This document shows positions 27,346 to 36,786 of a DNA stretch of 64,000 nucleotides, one piece after another. Origin of the DNA: Planctomycetota bacterium (GTDB lineage: Bacteria > Planctomycetota > Phycisphaerae > UBA1845 > Fen-1342); contig JBFMAI010000032.1 of the NCBI GenBank assembly GCA_040755725.1, positions 85,467 to 149,466 on the forward strand. Reading direction: 5' to 3'. Positions within the stretch are counted from its first letter, which is position 1. Each line of letters starts with the position of its first letter. The notes beneath the pieces are model-generated. The model ran no database searches. It was given only the letters and a program-made list of their open reading frames with translations, and was not told the origin of the DNA. The position numbers and the translations under genes were made by a program.

Positions 27346-29883
27346 TCACGGCGTGATGGTCCAGACGGTGCGATCAACGCCGACGGTCCACGGGAAGGCG
27401 CTGATTGGGCCGGAGGGGACCCACGTCAATTGGGCCTGCATCTCCCGCGTCGTCGGGTTAATGAAGCGGGACGGGTCGCCGGACACCAAGACCACGACCG
27501 TCTGGTCCACGATCGTCGCGGGCCGGACGTCCGCGTCCTCGAAGCTCTGGGTGACGTAGTTGAATAGCTGGATGCGCTGCGTAAAGGCGCCCGCCGTGCT
27601 CACGTTGGCCTCCAGCGTGAAGCGCAGCTCACTCGGGGCGGCGGTGGTCGCCGTGCCGGTCACGACCAGCCAAACAGGGGGCTCCGCGGGGGTGAGGACG
27701 ATGCCGACCTGGGCGCCGAGGCGCGCGTCATCGCTGTAGAACAAGTCGGGCAAGTCGCCGTATGTCCGCCAGCCGCGAACCAGCGTGAAGCTGCCGGGCA
27801 GAATGTCGGTACTGCCCCCCACGATCACCTGGGCCGTGCTCTCGTACGGCAGACCGTTGCGCTTGGTGACGGTGACGTAGAGCGTGCCGACGGACGCCGG
27901 CGTGACGGCGAAGCTGACCGAGCCGGAGGCATTGGTCAGGCCGGTCTGGTAGACGTCGCCGGCCTTCCACAGGCAGACGGTCGCGGACGCCACGGGGTTG
28001 CCGCCGCTGGTCACCTGCACCGTGAAGTTGTTGGCCTGGCCGACGTTGAGCGTCGCCGGATGCGCGACACTGACGCTGGTGGGGTTCTCCGTCCAGATCG
28101 GCAGCTCGGGATCGCCGAGCAGCGTCAGCTCGGTGAAGATGTACCGGTAGTACTCATCATTCTGGTACGAGTCGTTCTTGTGGTCGGAGAAGCACTGGCC
28201 GAGGAGATACCAGTTCTGCTGGAAGAGGGACCGGTAGAAGTAGCGGTCGAAGCGGAACGAATACTGATCGCCGTAACCCGGCAGGTACCAGCCGTAGCGC
28301 GAATTGCCGACGAAGGCCACTCCGCCGCCGTTGGCGTTGCGGACGAAGCCTTCGGCGATGCACTGGCTCGCGTTGTAGTCGCACGCCCAGCAGCCCATCG
28401 AGTAGCCGATGCTCTGCCGGTTACCGTTGGTCAGGGCCAGCATGTCGTTGGTGTAGACGGCCCAGCCGTGGTTGGTGGAACCCGTGCCCATCTGGTCGGT
28501 GTACGCGTGGTCCGCGTGGTTCATCAGGTTGTTGCCCTGATTGAGAACGGCCATGACGGCGTCCCGATGGTTCCCGCCGTCGGTGTCGTACACCTTGCGA
28601 TAGGTCCAGCCGGTGGGCAGGTAGCTCGTCCGGATGGCCTCCTTGCAGATTGAGCCTTCGTTGCCACTGCCGGACAGGTCAAACCCAAAGAACCCCACGC
28701 ACTTGGCGTAGTCGGTCAGCGGGGGGTTCTTCTCGTAGGTGAGGACCTTGTTGATGAAGGTGTTGATCGCCGCGGGGCCCGTGACCGACGCCCGGCCGAC
28801 GTGGACGTCGCAGACGTAGTTGTCGTTGAAGTCCGCATAGTACGTGTCGTTCGGGATCGCCGTGGGATCCACGGAGAACGACTTGCTGGGCGCCGGGACC
28901 GTGTCCGTGTCACCGCCGAGCAGGAAGAAGGTCGTCCCCCAGTTGTTGTAAGCGTCAATCACGAAGGCCCGAATCTTGGCCGTGTTCGTGCCGCTGTACC
29001 CGCCGCTGTTGTAGATCCAGCTCGTCGTGACGATGGTGGCGGGCACCCCCTTCTTCGTCTTCCAGTTCGCCAGCGGCTGGAAGGCGCTCACCCAACTGTC
29101 CTGCGTGATGATCACGTAGTCGTAGTCCCCGGGCGGGACGCCGCGCGACCCGTCCTCCTCGACGCCCGCGGTGCGAAGCTGCACATCGTCCGGGTTGACC
29201 ACCATCTCGGCCAGCATCTGGTCGTACGCGTCGCGTGCGGCGTCCGAAATCCGCCGCGGCAGGTAAGACGCGCACACATACCCCGCGACGCCATCCAGAA
29301 CAATTTGAATCGACGTGTTGAGAATCAGCCGGCGGGCGGCGGGCACGTATTGCACCGGGCAGACCCGTAGCACGGCGAACGACTGGCCCGCCAGGTCACT
29401 TTGCTGCGTGAATTCGACGGTTCGCGCCGGATACGCGCGGGCCGACGCATACACGGCCCGGTTCGGCCCAACGAAGTCGTTGTCGCCGGCGGGATCCGAG
29501 ACGCGGCGCGGCGGCTGGGCGGGGTAGACGAAGTACTCGCCCGGCAGCGGGATCGCCTTGGCCCCCGTTACGCGCACCCCCTTCACCGCCATTCCGTCCG
29601 GCAGCGCGATGCGTACGATCGCTGTCGGGAGCATCGGTTTGCCCACGTCGTTGAGGACGCCGCCCTCAGCGAGCGCGATGGTGTCGTAACCCGATAACTC
29701 GCCGAACTCGAGCTCGTCCGGCGAGAAGGTCGCCACGTACCGCACCTGAAACGTCGCTCCGCTCTGGCGGACGTCGACGGTCTGGCCCGATGCCACCCCC
29801 GGGAGGGCGAGAACCACGAGCACTACGAGGGCTGGCAAGAACCGGCCGGCCGAAGCCGAACTCCGCGACAAATCGACGGACAT
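27346..29883 (-). CDS. Secreted C25-family (gingipain-like) cysteine peptidase with an N-terminal propeptide and C-terminal Ig-like/beta-sandwich domains
   Basis: Signal peptide MSVDLSRSSASAGRFLPALVVLVVLALPGVASG. RBS ggagg. C25 architecture: propeptide, then a catalytic region with YDYVIITQD...WKTKKG...FFLLGGDTDTVP...HADHAY..GCWACD (His/Cys dyad region). Confidence 0.7.
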   Translation of the reverse strand: MSVDLSRSSASAGRFLPALVVLVVLALPGVASGQTVDVRQSGATFQVRYVATFSPDELEFGELSGYDTIALAEGGVLNDVGKPMLPTAIVRIALPDGMAVKGVRVTGAKAIPLPGEYFVYPAQPPRRVSDPAGDNDFVGPNRAVYASARAYPARTVEFTQQSDLAGQSFAVLRVCPVQYVPAARRLILNTSIQIVLDGVAGYVCASYLPRRISDAARDAYDQMLAEMVVNPDDVQLRTAGVEEDGSRGVPPGDYDYVIITQDSWVSAFQPLANWKTKKGVPATIVTTSWIYNSGGYSGTNTAKIRAFVIDAYNNWGTTFFLLGGDTDTVPAPSKSFSVDPTAIPNDTYYADFNDNYVCDVHVGRASVTGPAAINTFINKVLTYEKNPPLTDYAKCVGFFGFDLSGSGNEGSICKEAIRTSYLPTGWTYRKVYDTDGGNHRDAVMAVLNQGNNLMNHADHAYTDQMGTGSTNHGWAVYTNDMLALTNGNRQSIGYSMGCWACDYNASQCIAEGFVRNANGGGVAFVGNSRYGWYLPGYGDQYSFRFDRYFYRSLFQQNWYLLGQCFSDHKNDSYQNDEYYRYIFTELTLLGDPELPIWTENPTSVSVAHPATLNVGQANNFTVQVTSGGNPVASATVCLWKAGDVYQTGLTNASGSVSFAVTPASVGTLYVTVTKRNGLPYESTAQVIVGGSTDILPGSFTLVRGWRTYGDLPDLFYSDDARLGAQVGIVLTPAEPPVWLVVTGTATTAAPSELRFTLEANVSTAGAFTQRIQLFNYVTQSFEDADVRPATIVDQTVVVLVSGDPSRFINPTTREMQAQLTWVPSGPISAFPWTVGVDRTVWTITP

Positions 29884-30290
29884 GCTGGTGACCTCCGGTG
29901 CAGATGGGGTTGGTGGCCTGCCAACGCTCAGGCCTGCTGCGGTTTCCCCTGCACATACTTCTCGTGCCTCCAGCGTAACCAAATCGGACCCCGAGGTACA
30001 ATGAAAAAGTCGGCCGCCAGCGAGTAACGGGCGCGTGCCACGTCCGGCGCTCTGCCCCGGCGGCGTTGGTCGGCCACGCGGATGCCCGGCGGCAGCCGTG
30101 GCTTGTGAGACGCCCACCAGTCCGCCGGGGAAGCAGCACCGGCCCTCCGTGGGCGGCGTACAACGTTGAAGACGCCCCGAAATCTCACGGCCGCCGCCCG
30201 TGGGGGACGCCGGGGCCTGTCTGGCGGCGGGCTGCCAGACCCTTGCGGCCCCGCAGGCATTGGGGGATCATGGAGTTGGCAGTGCCGCCT

Positions 30291-30386
30291 GGGAGTGTCC
30301 GGACGCCTGGTGGGTCCCGCGGCCTTCAAAGCCGTTGAAGCGTTGTACCCACAACGCTTGGTAGGTTCGATTCCTATCCACTCCCG
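30291..30386 (+). tRNA. selC: Candidate selenocysteine tRNA (tRNA-Sec, selC): anticodon UCA, approximately 96 nt
   Basis: GGGAGTG(T)...D arm GGAC/GTCC...anticodon arm GCGGC CTTCAAA GCCGT...9-bp variable-arm hairpin AAGCGTTGT ACCC ACAACGCTT...T arm GGTAGG TTCGATT CCTATC...CACTCCC G. Acceptor plus T helix totals 13 bp, as expected for tRNA-Sec. The anticodon loop matches E. coli selC (CTTCAAA). Confidence 0.6.
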
Positions 30387-30618
30387 TGTCACCACGGCTT
30401 AAAATGCTCATTAGAAGCCTGCAGGCCGGCGCCGGGCCCGGCGGCCCACCACTTGGGTGGTGGGCTCGTTTGCGGGCATCTGGACGGCCGCGGCGGGGGT
30501 TATGAGAAAAGCGTCGCTTTTGAATAGGCGCCGGCGGTGGTTGAGTTACCCTATGTGTAGCGAGGGCGCGCCGCCCGCGCCTGGTCGGGGCGGGCCTCTC
30601 GGGCCGATGAGGTGTCCC

Positions 30619-31335
30619 ATGCCGGTCGAAACCCTGCTCGCGCTGCTGCTCGCCGACGCCGCGTCGATCCTGACCGCCCTCTACTGGGGCGGGTTGATCG
30701 TCGGCGGCGGCCTGCTGCTGGTCTCGGTGCTCGGCGGGGGCGACCACGGTGCCGACGTGGAGGCGGACGCGGGCTTCGGTTTCGACCACGCCCACGCGGA
30801 CGCGGACGTGGGCGGGATGGACACCGACGTGGGCATCGACGCCGGCCATCTCGACCACGCGGGGTTCGACCTTGGCCACGCGGCCCACGGCGGCCTTGGC
30901 GCGCTGTCCACGTGGTTCTCGCTGCGGTTCGTGGTGTTCTTCCTGGCGACGTTCGGGATTATCGGCACCATTCTGCGGTACCTGACGAACCTCGGCACGT
31001 GGACGATATTCCTGGCCGCCGTCATCGCCGGCGTTGCCGCCGGCCAGGCCGTGCACCAGCTCTTCCGCTACATCCGCCGCACGTCCGGGGACAGCGCTCC
31101 CCGACCGCAGGACTACGTCTTCAAGCTGGCCCGCGTCACGATTGCCATCGCGCCGCCGGACAAAGGCGAGGTCGCGTTGCAGGTCCGCGGCGTGGACCGG
31201 TTCGTGCCGGCGGTGAGTGTTGAGACGGGGCGGGGCTTCGCCATCGGGGACGAGGCCGTGGTGGTCGGCTATCGCGCCGGCGTGGCCCAGGTGGTGACGC
31301 CGGCCGAATTCGAGAAGCACAAGTCGCACCCGTAA
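30619..31335 (+). CDS. NfeD-family membrane protein (membrane-bound serine-protease/flotillin partner, YuaF/YqiJ-like)
   Basis: N-terminal TM helices, His/Asp/Gly-rich linker, and a C-terminal OB-fold-like beta domain (VALQVRGVDRFVPAVSVETG...VVVGYRAGVAQV). Confidence 0.6.
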   Translation: MPVETLLALLLADAASILTALYWGGLIVGGGLLLVSVLGGGDHGADVEADAGFGFDHAHADADVGGMDTDVGIDAGHLDHAGFDLGHAAHGGLGALSTWFSLRFVVFFLATFGIIGTILRYLTNLGTWTIFLAAVIAGVAAGQAVHQLFRYIRRTSGDSAPRPQDYVFKLARVTIAIAPPDKGEVALQVRGVDRFVPAVSVETGRGFAIGDEAVVVGYRAGVAQVVTPAEFEKHKSHP

Positions 31336-31346
31336 GGAGAGTTCGC

Positions 31347-32654
31347 ATGGGGCCCGCCATTCTCATCGCGTTTGCCGTTCTGGTTCTGGTGCTGATCGTC
31401 ATCAGCCTGATCGCCAAGCTGATCGTCGTGGGCAACCCGAACGAGATGCTCATCATCGCCGGCGGCCGGCAGCGCGACGGCCTGGGTTACCGCACGCTCA
31501 TCGGCGGCCGCACCCTCGTCTGGCCCGTCATCAACACCGTCTCGCGCCTGAGCCTGCGCAACATGCAGGTGCAACTGGAGGTCAAGGCCCAGTCCGGTGG
31601 CGGGAAGATGCTGCCGGTGATCGTGACGGGCGTGGCGAACGTGAAAGTTTCATCCGACCCGGCGGAACGCGGCAACGCGATCGAGCGTTTTCTCGGGCAG
31701 CCGGTCGATCAGTTGCAGCGGGTGGCCCGCGAGACGCTGGAGGGCGGGCTGCGGGCCGTGATCGGCAAGATGACGCCGGAGGAGATCGTCGAGGACCGCG
31801 ACAAGTTCGTCGCGACGGTCATGCGCGAGGTATCCGACGACTTCCGCAAGCTCGGCCTGCTGATCGACAGCGTGAACATCCAGAACGTACACGACGAGGA
31901 AGACTACCTGACGTCGATCGCTCGCAAGGCCCGGGCGCAAGTGCTGTCCGAAGCTCGCAAAGCGGAAGCCGAGCGAGCTGCCGAGGCGGTCAAGAAGGAG
32001 GCCGAGGCGAACGCGGACGCGCGTAAGGCCAAGGCCGACCGCGACGCCGAGGCCAAGCTGGTCGAGGCGGCGTCCCGGCAGCGGGCGGAGCAGGCCCGGC
32101 TGGTGGCGGACAAGGCCGTCGCCGAGGCGGAGAACGCGCTGCGTATCCGCAAGGCCGAGCTGGCCCGCGAGGCGGCCCTCAAAGAGGCCCAGCAGCAGGA
32201 AGCGGAGGCCGAGGCCGAGCGGGCGCGTCTGGCGGCCACCGAAGTCGCCAAGGCCCTGGCCGACCGCGACGTCGCCAAGGCGAAGGCGGAGGGCGATGCG
32301 GCCAAGACCCTCGAAGAGGGCAAGGCGCGGGCCGCCGCCATCGAGCAGATCGGCTTGGCGATCCAGAAGCACCCCGAGGCCCTTCAGGTCATGCTGGTCG
32401 AAATGGTGCCGTCGGTCGTCCAGGAAATGGCTAAGACCATCCAGAACGTGGACCTGGGGCAGGTCACGGTGTTCGACAGTGGCGACGGGCGGGGCGTCGC
32501 GGGCGCGGCCCTGAGCCGGGCCAAGTTGCTCGCCGAGTCGCTGGCGAGCATCGAATCGGTCCTGGGCGTCGATCTGCGGCAGGTGTCGCAGAACATCGCC
32601 AAGAGCGTGGGCGGCGCGGCGACCTCGTCCGCGGGCGAGCGCCCGACGAAGTAG
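31347..32654 (+). CDS. Flotillin-like SPFH/band-7 protein (YqiK/FloA-like) with a long Ala/Glu-rich coiled coil
   Basis: N-terminal TM segment, SPFH domain (IAGGRQRDG...VDQLQRVARETLEGGLRAVIGKMTPEEI), then an EA-rich coiled coil. Confidence 0.8.
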   Translation: MGPAILIAFAVLVLVLIVISLIAKLIVVGNPNEMLIIAGGRQRDGLGYRTLIGGRTLVWPVINTVSRLSLRNMQVQLEVKAQSGGGKMLPVIVTGVANVKVSSDPAERGNAIERFLGQPVDQLQRVARETLEGGLRAVIGKMTPEEIVEDRDKFVATVMREVSDDFRKLGLLIDSVNIQNVHDEEDYLTSIARKARAQVLSEARKAEAERAAEAVKKEAEANADARKAKADRDAEAKLVEAASRQRAEQARLVADKAVAEAENALRIRKAELAREAALKEAQQQEAEAEAERARLAATEVAKALADRDVAKAKAEGDAAKTLEEGKARAAAIEQIGLAIQKHPEALQVMLVEMVPSVVQEMAKTIQNVDLGQVTVFDSGDGRGVAGAALSRAKLLAESLASIESVLGVDLRQVSQNIAKSVGGAATSSAGERPTK

Positions 32655-32775
32655 GACGACGGACGAGCGCTGTTCAAGAGCAGTGGCACACGGTCGATGC
32701 CCCCCGCGTCTTGTTCTGACCCGTCACTGGCGCTCCGGGCTCGTATCGGTCGGTTACGCGCGGGGCGTGCGCCGG

Positions 32776-33921
32776 TCACCTGGTCATGTCGGCGATGATC
32801 CCGCACACGGCCGCGCTCGCCCGCGATGACTCAAGCGGGCGGACGAGCTCATCCAGTTGCCGGACCATCACGCGCCGCCAAGTCTCGTCCCGCAGGAGCT
32901 GACCCGCCACCGTTGCGATCGGCGCCACATCGCGAATGAACGGCATGAACTCCGGCACCACGCGGGTCCCGGCCAGGATGTTCACCAGCGACAAGTGCGG
33001 CATCTTGAGCACGAAGCTTCCCAACACCCGGTGCGGCAAGCGCAGCAGCGGCCCGGCGTCGTACATGACGATCATCGGCTTGCGGTGGAACGCGACCTCC
33101 AGCGTCGCCGTCCCGGACGCGACCAGCACCAGCTCGGCGGCGGTCAGCAGACTCGCGTTGTCGGCGGTGACGATCTGGGCGGCGAAGCCGCCGGCGTAGA
33201 TGTGCCGACGGATTTGCGGCACGCGGTCGGCCGCCAAGCTGGACACCACCGGCTCGACGGCCCGGCCCGCCGCCCGCAGCCGCCGCACGACTTCCAGTTG
33301 CAGCGGCAGCATCGAGTCGATGACGTGCCGCCGGGAGCCGGGCAGCAGCGCCACGACGGGGGCGCCGCTGGAACGCAGCCGGCGCACAACGGACTCGTTG
33401 GGCGTTTGTTGGCGCAGGGTCTCGAACAACGGATGGCCCACGTAGTCGGCATAGACGAGGTGACGCCGGAAGTACGCTTCCTCGAACGGCAGGATGCACG
33501 CCAGGCGGTCCACGTCGCGGGCGATTTGGCGGTTGCGGTACGCGCGGGCCGCCCAGGTCTGCGGGGCGATGTAGTACAGCACACGGAACCCCCGGCGCTT
33601 GGCCGCCCGCGCGATCCTGAGGTTGAGTTCCGGCGAATCCAACAGCACGACGAGGTCCGGCGGATCGGACTTCCAGGCCCGTTTGACCGCGTGCAGGGCC
33701 CGCCACGCGTGCCCGACCACGCCGACGACGCCGCTGAGCATCGCGGCGTGCGTGGTCAGGTCGTACAGCGTCCGGACGCCGAGGGCCCGCAGCCGCGGCC
33801 CCGTCAGTCCGCTGAAGCGGCAGCCCGGCAAGTGCTCCGTCGCCGCGCGGACCAGTGCCGCCGCGTGGACATCGGCCGAGTCCTCGGCAACGGACAGGAA
33901 GATGTGAGCGGGGCGGTTCAC
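32776..33921 (-). CDS. lpxB: Lipid-A-disaccharide synthase LpxB (GTG start)
   Basis: IFLSVAEDSADVHAAALV (analogous to E. coli IFISAGEASGDLHG), and a full-length GT19 fold. Confidence 0.8.
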   Translation of the reverse strand: MNRPAHIFLSVAEDSADVHAAALVRAATEHLPGCRFSGLTGPRLRALGVRTLYDLTTHAAMLSGVVGVVGHAWRALHAVKRAWKSDPPDLVVLLDSPELNLRIARAAKRRGFRVLYYIAPQTWAARAYRNRQIARDVDRLACILPFEEAYFRRHLVYADYVGHPLFETLRQQTPNESVVRRLRSSGAPVVALLPGSRRHVIDSMLPLQLEVVRRLRAAGRAVEPVVSSLAADRVPQIRRHIYAGGFAAQIVTADNASLLTAAELVLVASGTATLEVAFHRKPMIVMYDAGPLLRLPHRVLGSFVLKMPHLSLVNILAGTRVVPEFMPFIRDVAPIATVAGQLLRDETWRRVMVRQLDELVRPLESSRASAAVCGIIADMTR

Positions 33922-34058
33922 GGCCCAAGAGAATACAACGCGGTCGTCGCCGCGGCACGTGTAAGAGGTGGTTTTCCCGAGCCGGCTTGACTCGCCGTGG
34001 CCGCGCGGCCTAGAACTTCGCGAGGTTTTCGGGCCTGTGTTTCCAACCATCCCCTGAG

Positions 34059-34754
34059 GTGTCCACCATGACCCGCACTTGCGCTGCGCTCCTGGCAGGC
34101 GTCGTCGCCTTGGCGGCCGCCGCTCACGCCGAGCTGATCACGCTCAATCCGACGGCCGACGCGCGGATTCTCAGCATCTTCCCGAACTCGAACTTCGCGA
34201 CGGACATCCTGGCGACGTACCACGCGCCGGGCAACGCGCAACGCACGTTGATCCAGTTTGATGTCGGCAGCGTGCCCGCCGGCGCGACGATCAACAACGT
34301 GACCCTGCGCCTGTACGGCAGCGCGTTCGCGGGTGCGATCACCCCAACCATAACCGCGGCCTATCGCGTCGCCACGCCGTGGGTCGAAGCCGGCACGACC
34401 TGGAACGCCGCGTCCCCGGGCAACCCCTGGACCCAGGCGGGCGGCGACCTCGTCGGCACCGGCGGCGTCCCCCTGACCGATCCGTACGCCACCTGGAGCG
34501 GCAACCAGAGCGGCTCGAACTCGGCCTGGTATGAGCTGAACGTCACCAACCTCGCGATCGAGCACTACCTGGGCACGTACCCGAACTACGGCATCGGCCT
34601 CGTCGGCGACGTGGGCAACGAGCTCGTCTACGTCCAACGCGAAGCCCCGCCCGGCTATCAATACCCGGAACTCGTGATCGACTACACCCCGGTGCCCGAA
34701 CCGGCGTCCCTCCTGGCGAGCGTGATCGGGGCGCTCTGGTTCCGCCGCCGCTGA
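34059..34754 (+). CDS. PEP-CTERM sorting-domain protein, unrelated to the 2506/3824 pair
   Basis: Signal peptide. C-terminus TPVPEPASLLASVIGALWFRRR. Confidence 0.75.
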   Translation: MSTMTRTCAALLAGVVALAAAAHAELITLNPTADARILSIFPNSNFATDILATYHAPGNAQRTLIQFDVGSVPAGATINNVTLRLYGSAFAGAITPTITAAYRVATPWVEAGTTWNAASPGNPWTQAGGDLVGTGGVPLTDPYATWSGNQSGSNSAWYELNVTNLAIEHYLGTYPNYGIGLVGDVGNELVYVQREAPPGYQYPELVIDYTPVPEPASLLASVIGALWFRRR

Positions 34755-34853
34755 CTCCCGCAGCGCGGTGGTTGGGGGGAAGGTCCCGCCGCGGTTACAC
34801 ATCCCGCGCGTATTCAGGAAGGTGGGATACTGGAAGGGATGGTGAGCCTCCCG

Positions 34854-34880
34854 GCGAGCTGCGGCTCGGCGGGAGGGCGA
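34854..34880 (+). repeat. Family B short repeat, second copy
   Basis: gagcctcccggcgagctgcggctcggc, identical to 17363..17389. Confidence 0.5.
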
Positions 34881-34931
34881 CCTCCGAGGCCCATCGGGCG
34901 TTGGCGGGGCCGCCAACGTTGGCCTTTAATC

Positions 34932-35621
34932 ATGCGGGGGCGGGATCGTTCCGATCATATCGCCAGGGGAAGGTCTGGAGGTGCTGTGTTAGCCGCCGCG
35001 GGCTCCCGTTGGCATGTCGTCGTGCTGGCCGCCGGCGAGGCGGGTCTGGCGACGCTGCGCGGGCTCTTGTCGCCACGCCGCCCGCTCGTGCTTTGCGCGG
35101 TTTTCACGCATCGGCGGCGGCCAAAGGTCCTGGACGCTGCCCGCTCGGAGGAGCCCGCCTACGCGCAATACGCCGACCTCGCCCGTGTGCGGAATCTGCC
35201 GCTCCACACCGCGGACGACCGTTGGGCCGCCGAGCGTTTGGACGGCCTGTCGGCGTGCCGGCCGTTTGACGTGCTGTTGACAGTGGGTTGGCGTTACACC
35301 GTGCCGGGTCCCCTGCTCACCTGGCCGCGTCTGGCGGCAATCGAGCTGCACCACGGCCGGCCCGGCCACGCGGGCCTGGACCCCATCCGCCGGGCGTTGG
35401 AGGCGGGCGAGAAGTCGCTGACGATCACGGCGCGTCTGTTGACCAGTGACCCCCTGCCGGGGCCGGTGTTGATGGAACGCTCGCACCGTGTGGGCCTGCT
35501 GCGCGGCCCGACGCTGGCCGACGACGTGGAGCGGGTGCAGCGTGAGCTTTTCGGTCTATACCCCCAGGTGGCCGTCCAGGCCATCGAGCGGGTCGCCGGC
35601 CCGGTCCTCGCGCCACCCTGA
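34932..35621 (+). CDS. Formyltransferase-family protein (Fmt/PurN-like N-terminal domain, possibly degenerate). Start uncertain; GTG at 34986 is an alternative.
   Basis: AIELHHGRPGHAGLDPIRRALEAGEKSLTITARLL resembles the formyl_trans_N core (NIHxSLLPxxRG...GxTxH). Confidence 0.45.
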   Translation: MRGRDRSDHIARGRSGGAVLAAAGSRWHVVVLAAGEAGLATLRGLLSPRRPLVLCAVFTHRRRPKVLDAARSEEPAYAQYADLARVRNLPLHTADDRWAAERLDGLSACRPFDVLLTVGWRYTVPGPLLTWPRLAAIELHHGRPGHAGLDPIRRALEAGEKSLTITARLLTSDPLPGPVLMERSHRVGLLRGPTLADDVERVQRELFGLYPQVAVQAIERVAGPVLAPP

Positions 35622-35639
35622 GACCCCCGGCCGCACGCA

Positions 35640-36401
35640 TCAGGCGATATCGCGTTCGAGCCACCACACGCCGGGTGCATCCACTCCCGATTCAACTCCC
35701 AGCGACAAGCTCGCGGGAGCGTCCCCGTCGGCGCCGGCGAGCGCCTGCACCAACGACGCCATGTCGTCCGGGAGCTCGCCGCACCGCAGGTACGCCTCCC
35801 GGATGAACGCCAGGTCGGAAGGCCCCTCCACGCACCAGCGCAGGGACGACAGGTCTTGCGTGTATCGAACGGCGTGCAGGCGAAAACGGTCGGGGTGGGC
35901 CAAGATATACGCGGTCGGGATGCTTCGGTCGCCGGGCTCCCGGGCCTCGGCGTCCGCCCGTTCCAGAGCGACCCGGGTGACGACCTCCACGTCAAAGCCC
36001 CGCGGGTAGCTGCGCAGGAGCGTGTTTCCGGCGTAGTGAGCGCCGGAGGAGGCCCGGCTGCGGACGACCTCGTCGATGACCGTGGGGGCCAGCAGCGGGC
36101 CGTTGGCGGCGATGCGGCCCACCACGTCAAGCTGCCAGGTTGCCGCCGCCTGGGCAAAACGCCCCAGCTCGTCCGCGGCATCGCCTCGGAAGAACAGCAC
36201 GCCGAACTCGTCACAGAAGTGCGCGATCGGGTCGTCCACGGGCGCGCGGGTGGTCACGACGGCGACCTCGTCCACGGTCGTCGCCGCCCGGGCGCGCTCG
36301 ACCACCCGGTAGAGCATCGGCCGGCCGGCGAGGTCGGTCAGCACCTTCAGGGGCAGCGGCGGACCCGTCATTCGCGCGTCGATGAGAACACCGATTCGCA
36401 T
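35640..36401 (-). CDS. Nucleotidyl(cytidylyl)transferase of the SpsF/acylneuraminate cytidylyltransferase family
   Basis: MRIGVLIDARMTGPPLPLKVLTDLAGRPML N-terminal nucleotide-binding motif. Approximately 250 aa. Confidence 0.55.
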   Translation of the reverse strand: MRIGVLIDARMTGPPLPLKVLTDLAGRPMLYRVVERARAATTVDEVAVVTTRAPVDDPIAHFCDEFGVLFFRGDAADELGRFAQAAATWQLDVVGRIAANGPLLAPTVIDEVVRSRASSGAHYAGNTLLRSYPRGFDVEVVTRVALERADAEAREPGDRSIPTAYILAHPDRFRLHAVRYTQDLSSLRWCVEGPSDLAFIREAYLRCGELPDDMASLVQALAGADGDAPASLSLGVESGVDAPGVWWLERDIA

Positions 36402-36786
36402 CCGACCTGGCTCCTTGGAGCTCGCCCACGGGTCGGACCGCTCGCCTCGACGTCGGCCGGTCTCGAAACCTCGGGCCTTTTACGGCACCGTCGGCGACGA
36501 GACACCGGCGGTGGCTTTAACTATCGGAACTTGCGCGGGGCCACTTGACCCCCGGCGCGTCGCCGCGTGCCGCGGCTTCGGCCCGCAGGCACCGAGCGCC
36601 GGCGGGGAGGGCGAGGCTCCGGCCGCGGATGGCCGGGAGGAACCGCATTCCGGTGCGCCGGTCCGGCGGCCCCTTTCCACGCGGCAGCGGGGGCGTTACC
36701 GTTAGGCGATCGTGAGCCTCCGTCCGAGCCGATGGCGCGCGGCCCGGCGGCGGCCATCCTTGGCCCGATTACGCGAGGGAACACGC

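Noticed and set aside
30100-30200. Possible SRP (4.5S) RNA, suggested by a GGAAGCAGCA loop in a hairpin upstream of selC
   Set aside because: The conserved domain-IV pattern (CC-GGAA-GG closing pair followed by AGCAGCC and symmetric loops) is not reproduced. Only a short coincidental match. It would need an Infernal search to revisit.
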